From Chrysomallon squamiferum (lineage: Eukaryota; Animalia; Mollusca), in contig CM022677.1 of NCBI GenBank assembly GCA_012295275.1, forward strand, positions 16,182,001 to 16,246,000: DNA of 64,000 bases, in the 5' to 3' direction. A model generated the notes under the pieces. The model saw nothing but the letters and a program-made list of their open reading frames with translations, did no database searches and had not been told where the DNA came from. Below are positions 38,490-64,000 of the stretch, piece by piece. A program made the translations under genes and the position numbers. How positions within the stretch are numbered: position 1 is the first letter of the stretch; each line of letters begins with the position of its first letter.

Positions 38490-39448
38490 CTATGATCCCA
38501 AGGGAATCCAGGTGGGTAAATAATAATCTTTCTGACTAAAATCTCTACCCCCTCTGTTGTTATAATATACAGTGTGTCCATTAGCTAACCAGGCAATCCA
38601 AAAGCTGAACGATCCCTCGGTTATAATCATGTGATCACAATTAGTCATCATTGACATATCAACACCAGCGTCCCCCTTATCTACCACAATGACGTCACTT
38701 TTATTCACTTTCTCGACCCCACTGGACGTCATACTGTACCGTATCGTGACGTCACATATTTCATAGCTTTGTTGAGGTAAGAAAGCTGGTCTTTGTCGTA
38801 CTTCTCTTTACGTGAACTCCAGTTATTAGTTTCTTCCAATTCCAAACATATCTCATGAATTTTTCTTCGGCTGATTTGACAATATTTGACCTAAAAGTAA
38901 GTTCCTCTCGAACGAAACAGCTAATGTTCCTGAAATATTTCCAGCTTTGAAGATATGTTGATAACGTAACATTTTCTTTCGGCATCTTCTCCATCTTTCT
39001 GTCATAAACACCGAAACCTTTCTCCGTAACAGTAACCCACTTTCCTTTCTTGACGTTAATCTTTTCCACAAACGTCAAACCAAAATACTTCAGTAACGGA
39101 TTATCGGGAGAAATTGCAGGCTTCTTGTTATTCATGTATGCGATTCCTAACAATGCCGCATACTCAAACAAGCAATTTCCCGTTCTTCCTAGGCCCCGAA
39201 TCGTAACTAAAGAATTAGTAGCGGTCTTCAGTTTCCATCCAACATACAAGTTAAATGTTTTTCTTCGTTTGTACGCCGCGTTGTAATTATAATTACCCAG
39301 AAGGTCAAGATTTCCATCCACTCGCCAGTTGTCGACTGAACCGGCTTCTCTTGTGTTACTATAAGCTGTTGTCGTAGTTGCAGAACTAACATGAACGTCT
39401 TTCTTTGTTTCCAGTTGCACTTTTTTGTTAGAGTTATCTGTCGCTGTA
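38490..39448 (-). pseudogene. GT11 alpha-1,2-fucosyltransferase pseudogene (5'-truncated, frameshifted)
   Basis: Highly similar to 20537-21548 but lacks the first ~61 codons (start and TM anchor). A 25-bp deletion at ~38810 destroys HVRRTD, and there are further deletions of ~20 bp (~38735) and 2 bp (~38710). Split over ORFs 38761-39537 and 38490-38732. Confidence 0.93.
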
Positions 39449-39498
39449 AGAAAATGTGTATATATGTGTGTATATATATATATATACATATATACACA

Positions 39499-39549
<51 letters not shown>

Positions 39550-39579
39550 GTAATTTATCTTTTAGATAAGACATTGAAA

Positions 39580-56921
<17,342 letters not shown>

Positions 56922-57116
56922 GAAGATTTTTACATTACTATTTTTTGTAAATAAAAATAAACAACATATATCTTTATTTTTTTTTTTATATAAAAAAAAA
57001 AAAAAAAAAATTAAAAAAAAAAAAATGAATAAATAAAAAAGTGCAAATTCAAAAAACATTCCAGAAACAAAAATATTATTTTGTATTAATGAAGTAATTG
57101 AAATCTAAGACACACG

Positions 57117-57148
<32 letters not shown>

Positions 57149-57876
57149 CGCACACACACTAAATTGTATTTTTTATTTATTTTGTTTTAAAGAAAAGAAT
57201 TATAACAGTGAAGAAAGATAATAAAAACTTTTTACAGTTAAATAAATAATGTAAATATATATATGTGTATTAATTATAATTAGTATATGTATATTTTAAA
57301 ATAATTTCAAATGTTGTTATAATCAAAACTATGCAAATTTCTTCAAATCAATTTTTTTCATTCACTTATTACTATATTAATTTTTATTCAAATGTTTTTA
57401 TTTATGTTTCTTTTTTTTTCATGTCTTTCACTTGTTTTTCATTTTTTATGTCTGTATGTTAATTTTTGTCTGCATAATCATAATTTATAATTTAGTGCTT
57501 GTATTTTACATTAAATGTATAATTTTAGTTTCTATTTTATTATTTTATTTAATTCATTATCTATTCAATGATCAATACAGAGAAATGATTTTGCAAATAT
57601 TTGTTCTTGTTGTCTTGCAAACATACATGATTTCTTCTTAATTATAAAACAACATATTTTTTATTATACAAAATAAAAATCATTCATACATACATACATA
57701 GATATAAAATCTTTTTTTTTCAAATATTAATTATTTTTGTTGTTTATGTAAATATATTTCATGATTATGCTTCCCTAACTGGTCAAAACCACACCAAATT
57801 AAAATTTTTAGGAAGCATGGAATATAAAAATAATCATTTGAACTTGTTCCCACTATGTGACCATACATTACTTACC

Positions 57877-57923
<47 letters not shown>

Positions 57924-58215
57924 TTAGTTTTTCCCTCTCTCTATTTTGTGGCTATACTGGAAAGACATTTCATGGTGGGGTGCTGTAAGCAAAGACATGA
58001 AATCATGGGTATGTAATTCAAAAACGTCTGGGAATATAATATTCGATAGATGTCAGTTTCTAATGTTTGGAAATGATTTACTGTTATTAATAGTATTAGT
58101 TGCAATAATTTTTATTTCTCTATAGTTTCATGTTTTTATCATAGTTTGATGTGTCTAAGAATGTAAAAAAAAAAATATTACAGTATAAAAAATGTATTGC
58201 TATTATTTTAGGGTT

Positions 58216-58256
<41 letters not shown>

Positions 58257-58778
58257 TTTATTTATTTATTTTAATGAGTAAATATTAACAACAAGATATT
58301 TTATTTTTCGTTTTTTTTTTGTTTTTTTTTTACTAAATGTGTTGAAGAATTATTTACATATTCATTTTAAGTTATGTTATTTTTTTTTTCTTTTGAAAAT
58401 GTTAACAAAATAATAAAATAAATAAACTGCGTATATTAAAATATTGTTCACGCTTGTTGTACACTTAGTCTGTGATGAGTTTTCGCACCAGCACAAATAC
58501 TGTTTACAGCTTAATCTTTCTACCTTGTATTTGGGTTTGTGTTTTATATAGTACAATACACTAACATTGTATTTTTTGTATTTTAAGCAGATATATCCCG
58601 AAAGGTTTTGACATTTTAATTAAATTAATCAATACATTATATATCTAACCTTTGTGATGAAGTGAAATAGTTTAATTAAATCAATCAACATAGTAATAGT
58701 TTTAGTGTAAATACGTATTTTTATTATTATCAGTAGTAGTAGTAGCAGTAATATTATATGTTTTTATTATTATCACTT

Positions 58779-58826
<48 letters not shown>

Positions 58827-59974
58827 CTATTATTATTATTACTTCAATTTGTATAGTTAGCATTAAAGATTACAAATAAACAGATACATAATAAATAACA
58901 GTATAACATATCAGGCTTGGAATATATGAGTTTGTAGTATTTTTGTTTTCCTTTCTTTTGTAAACTTAATACAAATGTATAATTCAGCAATAAATAAAGA
59001 AACAAACAAACTAAACAAAAATAAAAGTAAATAAATAAACAGACAATATTTAAAATGAAAATCATCAAAAAAATAGCTACCGACCTTAACATTTGAAATT
59101 TTGCCTTTTTGAAAACAGTATGAAACCATCCAAATGACGTTTGCATATTATTAAGTTTCATTCATTTTCCTTTTTTAAGTGTGTTGGTCATTTTAGGTTT
59201 ATGTATACGAGGAATGGCTAATTATGTGTTAATGAAACTTTTATAAATGTATATTTAAATATGTACGTAGGGAACCATACGGTAAATATTGTTCATTAAA
59301 ATGTTTTGCGTTTGTAAGTTGCATATCTTACTTTAAACCAGTGAGTATTAAGATGGTGAACCATTTTAAATAGTTTTTATTTTTATAATGAATTTTTATA
59401 AATTGGGGTGAACTGTTTTATGCAATATTTGTTAAGGATTTGTTCTCTTGTAATATTTTTGTATATATTTTTTAAATTATTCTTTCTTTGCTTTAAATTA
59501 CTATTATTATTATTAGTTAATTAATTAATTTGTTTATTTGTACATTTATTCGTAAAAAAAACTACATCAAAACATACCTTTTTTTTTTTTTTAAATCTCA
59601 GTCAGCTTTTCATTAAATGTTCTTTTAAAAAACCATTTTGTTTGCAAATAGACTGAAATTATTATGTTTTCAGAGCAATATTTATACCTTATTTCTTCAG
59701 AAATGATCACTATAATAATTATTATCCTGTTTAAATTTCCAGAGAAGGGAAACCATGTCTGTTGAAAACAAACAAACTAAATCTAACGTAGGGCTACTAA
59801 TAATGGTATTTGTGACAATTAATGTGGGTGAATATATCTGCATAATTAAAATTAAAATGTTTTTATTATTTTGTTGTTTGTACTTGAGTAGTAAATAAAT
59901 GTAGTGCCATAATTAAACCAGACTTTTTCTCTTTCCTTATTGTGTAAATATTTAATACATGTAGAAGACACACA

Positions 59975-60014
<40 letters not shown>

Positions 60015-60294
60015 CTTGTGTGATACTTCTTTTAAATTAGTATGCTTTCAGATATAATCTATAAAGCAAAGAGAACAAACTGTATAAAGCATATACAGAG
60101 ACAAATAAATGAAAATAACTACCTAAATAAATAAATAAATAACAATTATGATGATGATTATAATGAAGATTATGATGATAATAATATAATTAAATAACAT
60201 TAAATAAACTATTGTTTTGTGTTCTTCGGAAATGTCTTTATTTTGACTTTTCATCCTGTACAAAAAAAAAAAATAGAAAAAAAAGAAGAAGAAG

Positions 60295-60715
60295 AAGAAA
60301 AGCTTGAATTCCTAGAAAAACACGAACGAGGTGTGCATATAGTCGACTTGGCTAGGCAGTATGAGCGTAGTACTTCTACGATGTGTTCCATACTGAAGAT
60401 AAAACAGTGGATAAAGGCTGAAAATTCAGCCTAAGGCGTTAAAGTAATCTGTCTGATTTCCAAGATAAATATCAATTTATTTCTCTGCATTCGCTTTTAG
60501 TTTCTTTTTATACAAAATTTGTCATTTATAAATACATTTTCCTTATTTAAAAACACTTCACAAAAAAAATGAAATGGTGTGATTTATGGGTGCTGGAACG
60601 CATTAATGGTATTTCAATTAATTTCAAGTGGGAAAATTGATTTGATATACGAGCAAATTGAGTTACGAGCTCTGTCACTGAAATACTTAAACTCGTAATT
60701 CAAGGTACCACTGTA
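60295..60715 (+). mobile_element. Internally deleted Tigger/pogo DNA transposon remnant (N-terminal HTH fragment plus right TIR)
   Basis: Encodes KLEFLEKHERGVHIVDLARQYERSTSTMCSILKIKQWIK, resembling the CENP-B/psq-type HTH at the start of Tigger transposases. Ends GAGTTACGAGC...AAACTCGTAATTCAAGGTACCACTG followed by TA (60714-60715). Confidence 0.85.
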
Positions 60716-60901
60716 GATATGTATAATTATAAAAGCACGGTACATGATCATTATGATAATAAATCTTTACAAATGATTAGGAATATTTTAAAATCATTGT
60801 TGAATTTACAGTATTTCTTTTTTTAAACATTAACTTGAAATAGTGATTATATTGAAATCGTTATAATGATTACATTATTCTCCTTGAATATTGCTTCTCA
60901 T

Positions 60902-60989
<88 letters not shown>

Positions 60990-61085
60990 ATATATATATA
61001 TGATATTAATAATTAATTAAAGAACACACTCATATGTATCTATCTATCTATCTATATATGTATGTATGTATGTATGTTTGTATGT

Positions 61086-61299
61086 ATGAAAACTGGTTAT
61101 ATCGCCTGATATATTTTCAAACCAGTTTCATATATATATATATCTATACATACATACATACATACATAGATATATATATCTATATATATATGTATGTATG
61201 TATGTATTTATGTATGTATGTATGTGTGTGTGTATATATATATATACATATATATGAAACCGGTTTGAAAATATATCAGGCGATATAACCAGTTTTCAT
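61086..61299. repeat. Inverted repeat / foldback (49-bp arms, 1 mismatch)
   Basis: ATGAAAACTGGTTATATCGCCTGATATATTTTCAAACCAGTTTCATATA (61086-61134) is the reverse complement of 61251-61299. Confidence 0.92.
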
Positions 61300-62618
61300 T
61301 TGCTTAACATTTGACAAACAGATTTACTTCCCTTGTCGGAAACTCGATAAAACCACTTTTTACATTTGTTTAAATAAAACTGGATTATACATGTATTAAG
61401 AATATACATTTAATTTATAGAACTTCGATTTATACTGGTTTAGTATTTGGCATACTGTTGTGAATATATATATATGCATCGTCATTATTGTTATTATTAT
61501 TTGTTTATTTTATTTTATTATTATTATTTCCATAAGTTACGTTTCAGTCTAGTCATTAGCTACTATTGTCTAATTGATTAGCTTTATATATATTTTGAAA
61601 ATTATTGTTTTCGTTGTTGTTGTTGTTGCTGCTCCTCATGTTGTTGTCATTGATTAATAATATATATCAAGTTTGTAAAAAAAAAAAAAAAAAAAGATCT
61701 CCAGTGGATCATGCTTATCATTATTGGTTAAGTTTCAGCCTGGTCATGAATTTAAAATATATTTCATTTATTTATTTATCTACGCATGTGATAATTATTA
61801 TTGTTATTATTATTATTATGTTGCTGTTGTTTTCGCTGTTATTATTATTGTTGTTATTTTATAAGTAACTGTAACTTTAATATTTTCAGAATGTTTTCTG
61901 TTATATATTCATCACGTGTGCGTAATTCTAAATACTCGGATCGGATTGTTCAGCATTGATTTTCTAAAACTGAGTCATAGTTGTGTATTATAAGTGTTAT
62001 TTACATCACGATCCAGTTATTGCTAAACTTATATCAAACTTATCGATAAATCTATACATTTTCAGTAGACCAAACTAATTATATATCCAGTCATTTTCAA
62101 AGTATTAAATTGTTTTAATACTAAGGTGGCATCTATCTCTGCAACTGCAATTAACATAAAGGAAAAACAAATGTTTATGTACAAAGGCACACACACACAC
62201 GCACACACAAACTAACACATGTGCATAGAAACACACACACATAAACACACATACACATATATATATGCATATATATGCATACAGAGAAACAGAATTAAAA
62301 TAAACATGTATTTCTGTAGAAGGTCTAGAGTAATCGGTAAAATGAATTGTCTAGTGTGAATGCGTCCTACGTCGTCACTTTTGTTTTAACGTTTAGCGTT
62401 TTCAGTTGAATACTTAGTTTTCTTTTCTCAGTATCGTATTAAGAAGTTAAATATTTGTTGAAGATAGCATTTAGTAGTAAATAAATATTAAATAAAAAAT
62501 GTTCTTCTCCATATTTATCTTTTTATATTTCACTTATTCTGTATATTTCTCTCTCAAATTTTTTCTCTTTCGTTCTTTATCTCAATATTTTTAAAATTCT
62601 GCCTCATCTTTCACCCAC

Positions 62619-62694
<76 letters not shown>

Positions 62695-63551
62695 ACACAC
62701 ACACACACACATACCGAAATACACACAGCAGTGTAATGTTATCCCATCTGGCTTTCAAAAATAAATCCACCTAAAACAGATCTGTATTCTTTATGTTTTA
62801 TTTTATTTTATTTTATTATTATTCTTTTTACATTTAACGTGAGCAGTCATCCATAATAGTCAAGTAATATTACCCAGCTTCCTTTGTTATGCCACAAATG
62901 AACGAATCTATGATTTTATTGTGGTGTAGAAAACAAAAGAAAACAAAAGAAAAAAAATCGTATAAAAGAAGCTCTAAGTGGAAAAAAATAATACATAGGT
63001 CTGTATAACCTGCTTACTTCGTTGTTATAACATATGCATTTTCGTTTAGATCGTAACATATATGTATATATGTATGTATCTGAATGTATGTATGTATGTA
63101 TGTAAAATAATAATGGTAAAAAGAATTATAACTACAGTACTAGTAGTATTAATCATAATACATGATGAAGATGATAACTACAACACCAGTAACAATAATA
63201 ATAAAAACAAACAATAATAGAACTGTCGTCGCCAACGTAGTAGTTGAAGCGAAAATAACGAAAATGAAAAGAATAGTTCAACTGAGACACTCTCGTTTGC
63301 TGAACATTTTAAAAATGTATTACCAGCATTAGAAAATGTTCTGCTTTCCCTACCTCATTCATAACATAAGACGTATTACGTTCCAATGTTTTACGCAGGT
63401 TTGTAAAAAAAAAAAAAAAAAAATTCAGAAAAAAAACGAAAGACAAAACTAACAAACAACAAAAAAATAATCGATGAATAAATGAATTAATGAGTAATTG
63501 TTCGATATTTCAGTTCATTTTCTTTTTTTTCTTCTATCTTTTTTCTCTATC

Positions 63552-63624
63552 TTATGGACCTAAAGGAATCCAGGTGGGTAAATAATAATCTTTTCTGACT
63601 AAAATTCTACCCTCTGTTGTTATA
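63552..63624 (-). pseudogene. 3' end of a third GT11 fucosyltransferase copy, cut by the gap (status uncertain)
   Basis: The minus strand reads ...KDYYLPTWIPLGP* and the 3' flank (63150-63550) matches 20130-20535 and 38090-38490. Small indels relative to copy 2 shift the frame just before the gap, which could be decay or contig-end error. Confidence 0.8.
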
Positions 63625-63824
63625 NNNNNNNNNNNNNNNNNNNNNNNNNNNNNNNNNNNNNNNNNNNNNNNNNNNNNNNNNNNNNNNNNNNNNNNNNNNN
63701 NNNNNNNNNNNNNNNNNNNNNNNNNNNNNNNNNNNNNNNNNNNNNNNNNNNNNNNNNNNNNNNNNNNNNNNNNNNNNNNNNNNNNNNNNNNNNNNNNNNN
63801 NNNNNNNNNNNNNNNNNNNNNNNN
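63625..63824. other. Assembly gap (200 N)
   Basis: Run of exactly 200 N, a typical fixed-size scaffold spacer. Confidence 0.99.
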
Positions 63825-64000
63825 AAGTTACTGTTTTAAGAAAATGTTAATATGAAAAATTTATAGAGAGATAGATAGAAATGTATATAGGGCCAAACGT
63901 TTCAGTTTCACAAATTGTACACAATCACTGCATTTGATTTCAAAATTATGGGTATTAAAAATTTATGTTATTGAATTAGAAATTTTCTAGGGGATATTAA
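63825..64000 (+). repeat. Another copy of the last intron of the Draper-like gene (matches ~55529-55704 and ~26670-26840)
   Basis: AAGTTACTGTTTTAAGAAAATGTTAATAT...TAGGGCCAAACGTTTCAGTTTCACAAAT... with only a few mismatches to copy C. Confidence 0.9.

Noticed and set aside
39449-39537. MCVCVC... start of ORF 38761-39537 as a new N-terminus rescuing the FUT pseudogene
   Set aside because: It is a (CA)n/(TA)n tract with a GTG start, and the catalytic region downstream is frameshifted anyway.

Overview
Very AT-rich, microsatellite-dense eukaryotic DNA with spliceosomal GT-AG introns and a 200-N scaffold gap. The source is probably an invertebrate, but the taxon cannot be fixed from sequence alone. 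Almost all ORFs in the supplied track are microsatellite artefacts. Reading exons by hand shows a rearranged, segmentally duplicated locus in which two gene families alternate on opposite strands. Family 1 (+ strand) is Draper/CED-1/MEGF10-type receptors (signal peptide, EMI, NIM, EGF-like repeats, TM, NPxY/YxxI tail). Copy A (9457-15592) is an open ~390 aa form that has lost its TM and signalling exons and gained a Thr-rich tail, so it is predicted to be secreted. Fragment B (~26255-28038) is a dead 3' end. Copy C (35247/39580-56921) is the full 23-24 exon, ~1000 aa receptor, with one apparent 1-bp frameshift in exon 13. More homologous intron follows the gap. Family 2 (- strand) is GT11 alpha-1,2-fucosyltransferases with intronless CDS: one intact gene (20537-21733), one 5'-truncated pseudogene lying in the first intron of copy C (38490-39448), and the 3' tip of a third that runs into the gap (63552-63624). 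Also present are a 3.1 kb 19-bp minisatellite, Tigger/pogo remnants, a foldback hairpin, and NF-kB/CRE/ISRE/YY1-like motifs conserved upstream of both receptor copies. The most interesting hypothesis is a co-duplicating glycan writer plus receptor/secreted-decoy immune-recognition locus, with amino-acid-biased divergence in the EMI exon. That functional link is inference only.
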